In this document: one piece after another, positions 10,012 through 19,335 of the stretch | Layout: each line of letters begins with the position of its first letter | How positions within the stretch are numbered: position 1 is the first letter of the stretch | Assembly (NCBI GenBank): GCA_028698995.1 | Contig: JAQVVM010000010.1 | Location: 19,857 to 83,856, forward strand | Length of the DNA stretch: 64,000 bases | Reading direction: 5' to 3' | Source: Bacteroidales bacterium | GTDB lineage: Bacteria > Bacteroidota > Bacteroidia > Bacteroidales > PXBB01 | Notes under the pieces: model-generated | What the model was told of the DNA's origin: nothing | The model's database searches: none | What the model saw: only the letters and a program-made list of their open reading frames with translations | Made by a program: the position numbers and the translations under genes

Positions 10012-11454
10012 TTAGTTCTGTATGTCTTTAACTGCATAACCCATTTTTAACAGATTTTGTGGTTCAAGAATTGTCTTAAGCTTATTTTCATCTATCAAAC
10101 TGAGCATTTTGTTAGCTTCAAAAATATCACAATTCCTTTCTTTCATAAGAACAGCAATTTCTGAAGCCTTTCTATACCCAATATAGGGGTTAAGAGCTGT
10201 TGTAACCGAAGGGTTTTTAATTAAGTTATGATAAGATTTTACACCATCAATTTTAACTTCCGCAAACAAATTATCTGATAAAGTCTGGTCGGCCGCCATA
10301 AGAAATTTCACAGATTGAATAAGATGATGACCAATAAGCGGAAGATATGCATTTAAATCGAGGCAGGATTTGGCACATAAAGAACTGATAAGCATATCAT
10401 TGGCAAAAACAATCTGACTAACAGAAACAACAAACTCAGAGATGACGGGATTAACTTTGCCCGGCATAATAGAGCTTCCCAATTGTTTTTGAGGTATGGT
10501 TAATTCCCTGTTGATATTTATATCTGAGGCCAATAACCTTAAATCTGATGCCATCTTCTCCAGATTAACGGCATGGGTTTTTAAAATGGCATGAACCTCA
10601 ACAAAATCATCTTTATTAGCAGTGGCATCAGGTAAATTTTCACTTCTTGTCAAAGGCAGACCACTTAGGCGTTGTAATTGGGTATTGACTTCATAAATAA
10701 AGAAACGTGGTATGCTTATACCGGTACCAATAGCGCCACCACCAAGATTCACTGTTTTTATTCTCTCAAAGCATTTTGATACACGCCACCAGTCTCGGGA
10801 TAATGCCTCATTATAAGTTGAGAAGAGCATGCCATAGGAAGAAGGTACAGCTTCCATCATTTGGGTATATGCAGTTCTCATTGTGTTTCTGTGTGAGCTT
10901 TCAATCTTTTCCACTTGCGATCTCATCTCATTGATCTTTTGTTCCAGAGTACTGAGCAATTGCATCACACAAAGCTTTAGAGCAGTAGGGATAACATCAT
11001 TGGTTGATTGAAATACATTGGCATGTTGGATGGGGTCAATAATATCGTATCTACCAGGGTTTTTACCCAATTTAAGCAATGAAGCATTAGAGATGATTTC
11101 ATTGATATTCATATTAATACTTGTACCTGCCCCACCCTGAACTGAAGGAACAATAAAATGTTCAAAATAACATCCGTTTGATACCTCAAGAGCCGTTGAT
11201 ATAAGGGATTCAATGATATCATCTTCAATAAGAGGAAAATTAAAATCATTTTTACTGTATTTTTCAGTAAGTGCTTTCTTAAACTCCTTATACGCTAAAT
11301 AACAAGCCATTTTAACAAGACCCACTGCCTTATACCATTCAATATGGAAGGGTTCAGAAACCGGAAAATTATTTTTAGCACGAAGGGCATTGATGCCATA
11401 CAAAGCATCATCAGGGACTTTAAGAGAACCGATAAAATCACTTTCCGTTCGCAT
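10012..11454 (-). CDS. Aspartate ammonia-lyase/fumarase superfamily (lyase 1) protein
   Basis: Signature GSSIMPGKVNP. TNDVIPTA and GGAGTSINMN conserved regions. 480 aa. Confidence 0.8.
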   Translation of the reverse strand: MRTESDFIGSLKVPDDALYGINALRAKNNFPVSEPFHIEWYKAVGLVKMACYLAYKEFKKALTEKYSKNDFNFPLIEDDIIESLISTALEVSNGCYFEHFIVPSVQGGAGTSINMNINEIISNASLLKLGKNPGRYDIIDPIQHANVFQSTNDVIPTALKLCVMQLLSTLEQKINEMRSQVEKIESSHRNTMRTAYTQMMEAVPSSYGMLFSTYNEALSRDWWRVSKCFERIKTVNLGGGAIGTGISIPRFFIYEVNTQLQRLSGLPLTRSENLPDATANKDDFVEVHAILKTHAVNLEKMASDLRLLASDININRELTIPQKQLGSSIMPGKVNPVISEFVVSVSQIVFANDMLISSLCAKSCLDLNAYLPLIGHHLIQSVKFLMAADQTLSDNLFAEVKIDGVKSYHNLIKNPSVTTALNPYIGYRKASEIAVLMKERNCDIFEANKMLSLIDENKLKTILEPQNLLKMGYAVKDIQN

Positions 11455-11543
11455 ATTGTATTTTTATACAAAATTACGAAAAAATGAGCAAATCAAGCGT
11501 TCTTGGAACTGATGACATAATAAAAAACTTATTTTTTACCTAC

Positions 11544-12737
11544 TTATTCAACCTTAGAAATGCAGCTAAAAATTTTATCTAAAGTATTTTGAATATCATC
11601 ATCCAATCCCACAGAAAAACGAACAAGACCGGGAGACATGCCTATTTTCTTTTGAATTTCATCCGGTACTTCTGAAGATGTACTTTTGCCTGAATTACTG
11701 AAAAGTGTTTTAAAATAACCTAAACTTACAGCGAGATAGCCAACACCCTCATTTTGCATGAGTTCCATAAACTTATTGGCTTTTTCAACTGTTTTCATGT
11801 CTATGCTAATGATACCACCAAATCCGTAGTTTTTGTTCATCATTTCTTTAAGAAGTTCATGTCTAGGATGTTCGGGCAAGCCGGCATAGGTAACTGGCAG
11901 ATTGGCTTCCTTAAGCTTATTTGCAATAAATAAAGCATTAGCACTGTGCTGTTTCATCCTGATATGTAATGTGTGCATGTTTTTAAGAATTGAAGCAGAA
12001 CGCATTGGATCGAGTACAGGCCCCAGAAGCATAGATGTACCACTATTCACATCACTCAATGCATTTATAAATGAGGCGTCAGAACAAATTGCACCGGCCA
12101 CACAATCATTTGTACCATTTACGAATTTAGTGAGACTGTAAACAACTATGTCGGCTCCCAAAAGATAAGGAGATACAATCATAGGAGTAAAGGTGTTGTC
12201 CACAACAAGTTTAATATTATTTTTTTTACAAAGCTCAGATAATGATGGGATATCTGAAATCTGCAACATAGGGTTTGTCATTGTTTCAGTGTAAATAAGC
12301 TTGGTATTGGGACGTATGGCTTTTTCAACAGAATACAAATCTTCAATATCCACAAATGTTACATCAATATTAAATTTAGGCAGATAATTCTTAAGAAAAG
12401 CAAAAGTTCCACCATAGGTAATTATACTTGTAATGATATGGTCACCGCTGTTACATAATTGCATAATAGTATTTGTTATTGCCGACATGCCGGATGCAGT
12501 AACCCATGCACTTTCTGTTCCTTCCATAGCGGCCAGTGCATCTGCCAAATATTTATTACTGGGGTTCCAGTGTCGGGAATATAGAAAACACCCTTGGGAT
12601 TCTCCATTAAATGTGTCTGTCATGGTTTTAGCTGCCAAAAAAGTATAAGTTGCTGAATCTGTAATTGAAGGATTTACATCCCCATATTCACCAAATTGCT
12701 TTAACTCTTGAATACGTGTTGCCGGATTATTTTTCAT
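11544..12737 (-). CDS. PLP-dependent Cys/Met-metabolism enzyme (methionine gamma-lyase / O-acetylhomoserine sulfhydrylase-like)
   Basis: PLP-lysine motif YSLTKFVNGTND. Family-typical YSRHWNPS and VDNTF regions. Confidence 0.75.
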   Translation of the reverse strand: MKNNPATRIQELKQFGEYGDVNPSITDSATYTFLAAKTMTDTFNGESQGCFLYSRHWNPSNKYLADALAAMEGTESAWVTASGMSAITNTIMQLCNSGDHIITSIITYGGTFAFLKNYLPKFNIDVTFVDIEDLYSVEKAIRPNTKLIYTETMTNPMLQISDIPSLSELCKKNNIKLVVDNTFTPMIVSPYLLGADIVVYSLTKFVNGTNDCVAGAICSDASFINALSDVNSGTSMLLGPVLDPMRSASILKNMHTLHIRMKQHSANALFIANKLKEANLPVTYAGLPEHPRHELLKEMMNKNYGFGGIISIDMKTVEKANKFMELMQNEGVGYLAVSLGYFKTLFSNSGKSTSSEVPDEIQKKIGMSPGLVRFSVGLDDDIQNTLDKIFSCISKVE

Positions 12738-12865
12738 AATAAATTTATTTTAATTAATTCAATGCAAAATTAACAGTTTATTATATATTTAGTCCAATAT
12801 ATATCATTCATTATAAAATTTAATATTAAATATGACTATTTTTAATTTTTTTAATGTTTTTTATA

Positions 12866-12873
12866 TATTTTTG
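12866..12873 (+). promoter_or_regulatory. Bacteroidota -7 box (TAnnTTTG) upstream of the Lrp gene
   Basis: TATTTTTG lies 22 nt upstream of the ATG at 12896. Confidence 0.35.
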
Positions 12874-12895
12874 TTAGAAATATAAATTCAATTTT

Positions 12896-13360
12896 ATGAA
12901 AAAATATCAAATTGATAGCCTGGACAGAAAAATTTTAAAATTTCTTATAAAAAATGCTCGTATGCCATATCTTGAAATAGCAAGGTTGTGTGAAGTGTCC
13001 GGGGCTTTGATTCACCTGAGAATAAACAGAATGGAAAAGGAAGGTATCATTCAGGGGACTCATTTATCGCTCAGTCCACAGGGCATTGGCTTGCTCACAT
13101 GTGCATTTATAGGCATTCAGGTCAATCTAACATCCACACGAACACATGACGAGGTTTTTAAAAAGATTCAAGAAATTGAAGAAATTGTAGAGTGTCACCA
13201 CATTTCAGGAAAATACTCGTTGCTTGCAAAGATTTACACAGCTGACAATGAACATCTTAAAAATGTTATCATTGAAAAAATTCAATCCATACCTGAAATT
13301 GTAAGTACAGAAACACTTGTTTCATTACAAGAAGGGTTTATAAGAACAATAGCTGTATAG
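12896..13360 (+). CDS. Lrp/AsnC family transcriptional regulator
   Basis: N-terminal HTH LDRKILKFLIKNARMPYLEIARLCEVSGALIHLRINRMEKEGII plus a C-terminal RAM-like domain. Divergent from the PLP-enzyme gene. Confidence 0.85.
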   Translation: MKKYQIDSLDRKILKFLIKNARMPYLEIARLCEVSGALIHLRINRMEKEGIIQGTHLSLSPQGIGLLTCAFIGIQVNLTSTRTHDEVFKKIQEIEEIVECHHISGKYSLLAKIYTADNEHLKNVIIEKIQSIPEIVSTETLVSLQEGFIRTIAV

Positions 13361-13764
13361 TTGGCCATCCAGACAGTTGAGCCGGTTACTGAAGATAAAA
13401 GGAGAGGCATTCTTTATGAAAGCAATTTCTTTTGCATCATTGGTAGAGATAATTTTTTATTATCAATAAAGTATAGAGGATTGCTTTAAGGTTTTGGTGT
13501 CGTGTCTACCTTACAAACTATCTACAAAAATATAAAACTTTGCTTTCAACTACCAAATTTGTCAATGAAAAACTATCCCAGCCACTAAAACCTACAGCGT
13601 GTTAAGCACTGGCCGTTAGTTTTACCACTTGCTTTTCAAACCGTGATTGGGATATTAAATTTGCTAAACTTTCAAATAACATTTTCCATTGTTTAGAGTA
13701 TCGCCTGCGTGATGGCGTGTTTATTTTTCCTTATTAGGGTGAAAGAATTTAATTTTCAGTTCTT

Positions 13765-15471
13765 CTATTCGACTAACATTCTTTTAGTCTGTTTACGCTC
13801 ATTGTCAATAACTATACTATAAAAATAAACCCCCGCTTTATAGCTCGCCATTGAGATTTCCAAGCTGTTATGTCCTTGTTGCAGTTCGTATTCGTTTATG
13901 AGTTCCCCATTGGTATTATGGATTTGCAATAAACCGATACTTCCATAAGGCACATAATATGGAATACTTGTGCTGTTACTAAACGGATTAGGTATATTCT
14001 GTCCCAGATATTCAATGGTATCATTACCACTTTCTTCTACTGCCGTATTATCAATAATGGTAATGGTTTTACTTACACTAATCGTACAGACCTGAGAGGA
14101 CAGGTTGTGTGGGTGTATGACCTCCAGCGTAACATTATAAGTACCCGGCGCGGCGTAGGTATGGCCAGGCTCACGTGTATTAGCTGTACCGCCATCCCCG
14201 AAATCCCAGCTCCAACTGCTTGCATATTTGTTGTTGGTGTAAAACTGTATATGGTAAGGTGCTGTGGTGTAAATAGTATCTGCCGCTTCCTTGGTGCCAA
14301 AGGGCATGGCGTGGATAAGGGGTTGGATAAAAAGACAGCTTATTGTATCAGGCGGGGCATAGTAGCGGGCAGCACCCCAGGCTGTATCGCCGGAGGTGGT
14401 TAATATATACCCCCCTCCTGCGTATAACTCCCCATTATAAACTTCTAAACAAAGCATAGTTGCTATTGGCCCTTCAACCCTATGCCACAATAATCCATCA
14501 AAACGTGTTAAATTAGTATCAACATAATTCCCAGTTGAACTAAAGTTTCCCGAATATAATTGGTTATTGTAAAATATGAGTGAAGTTGCTCCTTTATTCA
14601 TTGCTGGTGAATTTATCCCTACTGAGTCCCATTTAAAACCATCCCATTTTACAACACCATCAGGTGCCTGAAAACCATTGTAGCCCCCAACGTGGCTAAT
14701 AGAACCGCCAACATACAAAAGATTATTAATACTGTCCACCTGTAAAGCATAAACATCACCCAGCACCCCTGTATCCAGATCAAAATACTGTGTACCATCC
14801 CATCCGGCTATATTATAGGCGGGTATGCCACCTGCTTTGATAAAGCAACCTGCAATATAAAGGTTTTCGTTGTAAACAGCCATAGCGCGCACTTGTTTAA
14901 AATCGCCGTATATACCCGTGCCTACATTGTGCCACTGATTGCCATCCCAACGCGCCATACAGTTTAAATTGTTAAGATTTTGTGTGGCTCCGAATCCCCC
15001 ACCTACATACAAACTATTTTTAAATTCTAAAGCATACACCTTCCCACTTACTAACCCTCCCCCGACCGAAGACCATTCCATCCCATCCCATGCCGCAATT
15101 GCATTGGTATTTGGGATAATTGAAGTATCATTACCGGAATATGTGTTTGCTATACGTAAAAAATCGCCACCAATAATTATTTTATTTCCGAATTTTTCAA
15201 TAGAATTTGGAAAGCCCCATCGTGTTCCTTTAGATGTAATAATGGTGTCAATATTATAACCATTCCATGTTGCCAAACCTTTATCTATCAATTCTCCCCA
15301 CACGTTGAAAGCCCCTCCAATAAATAAAACACTATCTATTGTCTTCAAACAATTAATTGTTGGGATATTTCCTCTTTCAAGACCATCGCCTAATTTATTC
15401 CAAACCTGTGCACTAATTATATTGAAAAACGCCAAACAAAGAACTGTTATAAATACTCTAAAATTTTTCAT
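13765..15471 (-). CDS. Secreted beta-propeller-like repeat protein with PKD domain and T9SS type A CTD
   Basis: The ATG at 15471 gives MKNFRVFITVLCLAFFNIISAQ. Repeated W-D/N-G...GG-F units. PKD WDFGDGGTANTREPGHTYAAPGTYNVTLEV. CTD NIPNPFSNSTSIPY...GVYFYSIV...RMLVE. Confidence 0.65.
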   Translation of the reverse strand: MKNFRVFITVLCLAFFNIISAQVWNKLGDGLERGNIPTINCLKTIDSVLFIGGAFNVWGELIDKGLATWNGYNIDTIITSKGTRWGFPNSIEKFGNKIIIGGDFLRIANTYSGNDTSIIPNTNAIAAWDGMEWSSVGGGLVSGKVYALEFKNSLYVGGGFGATQNLNNLNCMARWDGNQWHNVGTGIYGDFKQVRAMAVYNENLYIAGCFIKAGGIPAYNIAGWDGTQYFDLDTGVLGDVYALQVDSINNLLYVGGSISHVGGYNGFQAPDGVVKWDGFKWDSVGINSPAMNKGATSLIFYNNQLYSGNFSSTGNYVDTNLTRFDGLLWHRVEGPIATMLCLEVYNGELYAGGGYILTTSGDTAWGAARYYAPPDTISCLFIQPLIHAMPFGTKEAADTIYTTAPYHIQFYTNNKYASSWSWDFGDGGTANTREPGHTYAAPGTYNVTLEVIHPHNLSSQVCTISVSKTITIIDNTAVEESGNDTIEYLGQNIPNPFSNSTSIPYYVPYGSIGLLQIHNTNGELINEYELQQGHNSLEISMASYKAGVYFYSIVIDNERKQTKRMLVE

Positions 15472-15501
15472 CTTGATTTCATTTATTGGATGTTTCAAAT
15501 A

Positions 15502-18500
15502 TTATTTCTTAAGAATAACCAATTTCTTAGTACCCATATATTTATCATCCACCACAAGCTTAACGAGATACACACCGGCACTGAATTTTTGTGTAAAGAT
15601 ACGCACATTATTTTTCCCTGATGGTATCTCTGCATGTTCTAACTTTTCGCCAATTAATGAATACATTTCCACAACCCCATTTGATTCAGCGGGGATTTGG
15701 TATTGCACATCCACATAATTCCGTGCAGGATTGGGATATAAGTCCCAATTTTCACTTTTTTGCTCTATAGCTTTTTCTGTATTTTCCTGTGTTTGTTTTC
15801 TGGGCTCTGGTTCGCTTAAATCAAGTTCAAAAGTTTCTCCGTAAAGCAGTCGCAATATGGCTTGTGCGCTTACCGCCGCCAGATTGATATCTTCTCCGTA
15901 AGCCAGTTCCCTTATAAAATCTTCTTGTGCTTCCGAAATGTCAAATACCGTACTGTCGCCGGCTTCAAGTCCTATCAATATAACCATCAGTTCTTTCCAT
16001 GCACTGTCAGCCGATGTTTGCGGCTCAAAGTCATTCAGCTTATACAGAGCGGTATCAGCAATACCATCGTATAAATACTGTGCTATGATAGTTTGTTGAG
16101 CATCGCTGGTGTTTTCATTTTCGAGAAATTTTACAGCATCATCAAAATAGCCGCTGTCGGCTAATTGGGTTATATATTCAATAAGGAACATTTGCTTTTC
16201 GCTTTTCAGTTGTTCGATGTAGCGTTCAATAAGGGCAGGTGTGCGGTAAACATTGAACTGTGCCTGCGCTTCTGTAATGAGTTGTACGGTGTCTTCATGA
16301 AGCAGCGATAAAAGGTCGGGCATATAATACACCCATATTGAATCTGATACAGGAGCATTGTGCAAGAAAACATCAAGGAATGAAGCGGCAATAACGCTGT
16401 CGTCTCTCACTATAAAAGCTTTTAATAGGGTGTCCGATAGGGGTGAGTTGTGTAAAAGCGAATCGGCAAGTTCTTCATACGTAAGGGCACTGCTGATGGC
16501 TTCGAGTAAAGCTGATGTATGGCTGCTGTCGAGGTAGGATTTAACAGTATCAAGTTCATTTTCAAACAGAGCAATGGTATCGCTGTTCTGCATAATGCGG
16601 GTTGATATATTACAATTGGGCAAAAGGCATGTAGCGCAGGAAACACCGTCAACATAATTAGCCGAAGATGTATTAATAAGAATCGGGCTTGCTATATTAT
16701 ATTTAACAGGTATGCGTGCATACACATTGGGGTGCGCATTATAGGTATAAGGCCAGCCGGCATTTTCAATTTGCTTTTTATCATTTTGAGGGTATTGGTC
16801 ATTTGCAGGTGTAAATTTGTTGCCTGCCTGCCTTGTATTGTCAAGCATATCTGCATAACCCTGATTTCCTAAATAACTAAAAGGGAAGCTTGCATTATAC
16901 CAATTCATTTCACTGTATTCACCCGAGATTACTTCCGGATTATCTGCTGTATTGCATTTGATATTCAGCCGTGCATTATTCCTGTATGTTTTAAGGTTAT
17001 ATTGGCAGCGGTTAAAGAAATTTCCTGTGTTATCTACATTAAGTATTCTGTCCTTGGCTTTTATATTGCCCCCGCCTTTGGAGGAGTTGTAGCAGATAAT
17101 GCCTGTATTTAATTTATTGAAATCATTATCAGAAATTTCAAAATTAGAAGAATTGTTTAATAAAATTCCGCATTTAGAACCTTGTGCTTGGGTAGTTAAA
17201 CCAAATATATTTGACTTTATTTTATCATATTTACAACCATTTAAATTAATATAATTATAGTTAATTTCTTTAAATTGATTATTAAAAATTGTATTTCCTT
17301 GTACAGCTGAATTATAATTATAAATTTTTATTCCATAGGTTAAGTTATCAAAATTTGACCCTGTAACATTATACCTTGAAGTATAAGACAGCATACCTGT
17401 TTCCATATTTGTAAAATCATTTTGTTTAAATGGATAGTGGGGTATAGTTGTAATATACTCCGGTGCAAAGCGTATGCCCCACATGTAAATGCCCACATCG
17501 CTGCGTCCGCTGACATTGGCATTGCCAAAAAGCGGGTTGTGTGAAGTAGAAATATTATTATTTTGATATACGTAGGCATTATTGGTATTGTAACCCGGGT
17601 CTAAAAGAGAGCCACCTTGGAAATCGCAGCCTTCTATGGTGCTGGCATTGACATGCTTATAACTGGCAAAATGTACAGCAACGGCGTCTGTTTTAAATTT
17701 TGAACTGCAACAGGCATCAATAATACCTCCACTGTAATTTAATAAATACGGTGTTGTTCGGCAAACAGACACATCATCACAGGTGTTAGTAAAGCAAATA
17801 TTTCTTCGTCCAAGCAAAACACCAATATGTGCATGGTTAATTTCTGCTCTAATACCCATTGTAATTTTCCCCTGATAAGGTACGTAAGTGGTGTTGTGCG
17901 ATAAAGATGCATTGCCCCACACTTCAACGCCCTGCCACATCACAAGACATTCATCTCCAACAGTATTAAAAATAGATGTAAAAACAGCACCTGTTTCCAT
18001 CACAAGTTGTGCTCCTTCAATATCTTGGGTATAATTACCATTTTCAACAATTAATTTTCCGAAAGGTCCAAATTCAATAGTGTTTTGAGCAGCAATAGTG
18101 AGCGTATTACCAGCTTTTATAATCAGCGTTTTATTAAAGCGAAGGGGTGTATTCCATATAATCTGGTGCGATGGATTCCATATTTCACCAGACAAAAATT
18201 CGGCATCATTATCATTGTAATGAATTATTGTATCAAATGCACAACAATGTTGTGCAATTTGTATTATATGTGAAGTACAGCCGACACAGCCATTTTCATC
18301 TGTTACTGTTAACGTTACCTGAAATGTGCCGGGCATTGAAAAACTGTGTGTGGGATTTTGAGCTGTGGAGTAGTTGCTTGTGCCTGAGTTGGGGTCGCCG
18401 AAGTTCCAGGAATAAGAGATAAATGTATTGGAATGGAACGTCAAATCATTGCTGTTATAACAAGGTAAACCAGTAACAGTGATTTCAGGCTCGGGTAAGG

Positions 18501-19017
18501 GCAAAACGGTAACTACAACTTCATCTGTATTTGAACAGCCTGTAACAGTATTAGTAACAGTAAGTGTATATGTTGTAGCAACTGAAGGAGAAGCAATTGG
18601 ATTACAGATATTTGAACTGGTTAAACTATTAGAATTATTCCATAAATAGGAAAAATGACCATAACATACAGAAGGGCCTATTCCGACTCCTTCAAGTAAA
18701 CAGACATCCTTATCTGGCCCGGCATTAGCATTTGGTAATGGATTTACTGTAAGCACAACAGCATCGGTGGTGTCATTAGTGGTTTCGAATAAATAAAATG
18801 TCTTTGACACCAATGCTTTGTTGTTAATTTTAAAAGTATCCTCAATGAAAACAGAATCATTGAGTGAAGTTGACAACGTAGTCATAATTACAGATGAAAC
18901 GGATAAATCCAATATTTGATCAGGATTTAAAGCTTGAATACTTCCTTGAGATTGGGGGTAAGTATAAAAACTAAGCAGTGTGAACGTTAAAACAAAAAAA
19001 AATAGTTTTGTTTTTAT
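15502..19017 (-). CDS. Large secreted protein: PKD domain, beta-helix-like region, T9SS type A CTD. The true start lies upstream of the track start.
   Basis: PKD WNFGDPNSGTSNYSTAQNPTHSFSMPGTFQVTLTVTDENGC. CTD LYPNPARNYVDVQY...GVYLVKLVV...LVILKK. The track start (18912) is an internal TTG. The same frame stays open to 19035 and encodes (I)KTKLFFFVLTFTLLSFYTYPQSQG, an obvious signal peptide, with no ATG/GTG/TTG. The start is placed provisionally at the ATA at 19017. Confidence 0.6.
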   Translation of the reverse strand: MKTKLFFFVLTFTLLSFYTYPQSQGSIQALNPDQILDLSVSSVIMTTLSTSLNDSVFIEDTFKINNKALVSKTFYLFETTNDTTDAVVLTVNPLPNANAGPDKDVCLLEGVGIGPSVCYGHFSYLWNNSNSLTSSNICNPIASPSVATTYTLTVTNTVTGCSNTDEVVVTVLPLPEPEITVTGLPCYNSNDLTFHSNTFISYSWNFGDPNSGTSNYSTAQNPTHSFSMPGTFQVTLTVTDENGCVGCTSHIIQIAQHCCAFDTIIHYNDNDAEFLSGEIWNPSHQIIWNTPLRFNKTLIIKAGNTLTIAAQNTIEFGPFGKLIVENGNYTQDIEGAQLVMETGAVFTSIFNTVGDECLVMWQGVEVWGNASLSHNTTYVPYQGKITMGIRAEINHAHIGVLLGRRNICFTNTCDDVSVCRTTPYLLNYSGGIIDACCSSKFKTDAVAVHFASYKHVNASTIEGCDFQGGSLLDPGYNTNNAYVYQNNNISTSHNPLFGNANVSGRSDVGIYMWGIRFAPEYITTIPHYPFKQNDFTNMETGMLSYTSRYNVTGSNFDNLTYGIKIYNYNSAVQGNTIFNNQFKEINYNYINLNGCKYDKIKSNIFGLTTQAQGSKCGILLNNSSNFEISDNDFNKLNTGIICYNSSKGGGNIKAKDRILNVDNTGNFFNRCQYNLKTYRNNARLNIKCNTADNPEVISGEYSEMNWYNASFPFSYLGNQGYADMLDNTRQAGNKFTPANDQYPQNDKKQIENAGWPYTYNAHPNVYARIPVKYNIASPILINTSSANYVDGVSCATCLLPNCNISTRIMQNSDTIALFENELDTVKSYLDSSHTSALLEAISSALTYEELADSLLHNSPLSDTLLKAFIVRDDSVIAASFLDVFLHNAPVSDSIWVYYMPDLLSLLHEDTVQLITEAQAQFNVYRTPALIERYIEQLKSEKQMFLIEYITQLADSGYFDDAVKFLENENTSDAQQTIIAQYLYDGIADTALYKLNDFEPQTSADSAWKELMVILIGLEAGDSTVFDISEAQEDFIRELAYGEDINLAAVSAQAILRLLYGETFELDLSEPEPRKQTQENTEKAIEQKSENWDLYPNPARNYVDVQYQIPAESNGVVEMYSLIGEKLEHAEIPSGKNNVRIFTQKFSAGVYLVKLVVDDKYMGTKKLVILKK

Positions 19018-19335
19018 GTTACAATAATTTTTATATTAATGGATTTGACAAATATATACATTAAGTATTTATAAGTCAAGAAAATAATTAAAAAACACCA
19101 ATAAAAGTTAATAAATAATTGCCTGAATAGATATTTTGTGTGTTAATGTGATATTCGGTCTCTATGATTTATGTGTGATGATAAGAAAAAGTTTTAAGTT
19201 TCAATTTATAGCTTAAGTCATGTAAACGATTTACGGCTTTTGCTTAAATTAAAATCATTACAATTAAGAAAAATGACATTAATAATCCCGATTTTTATAT
19301 CAAGTTTACACAATATTATAATAGGATTAAAAAAA

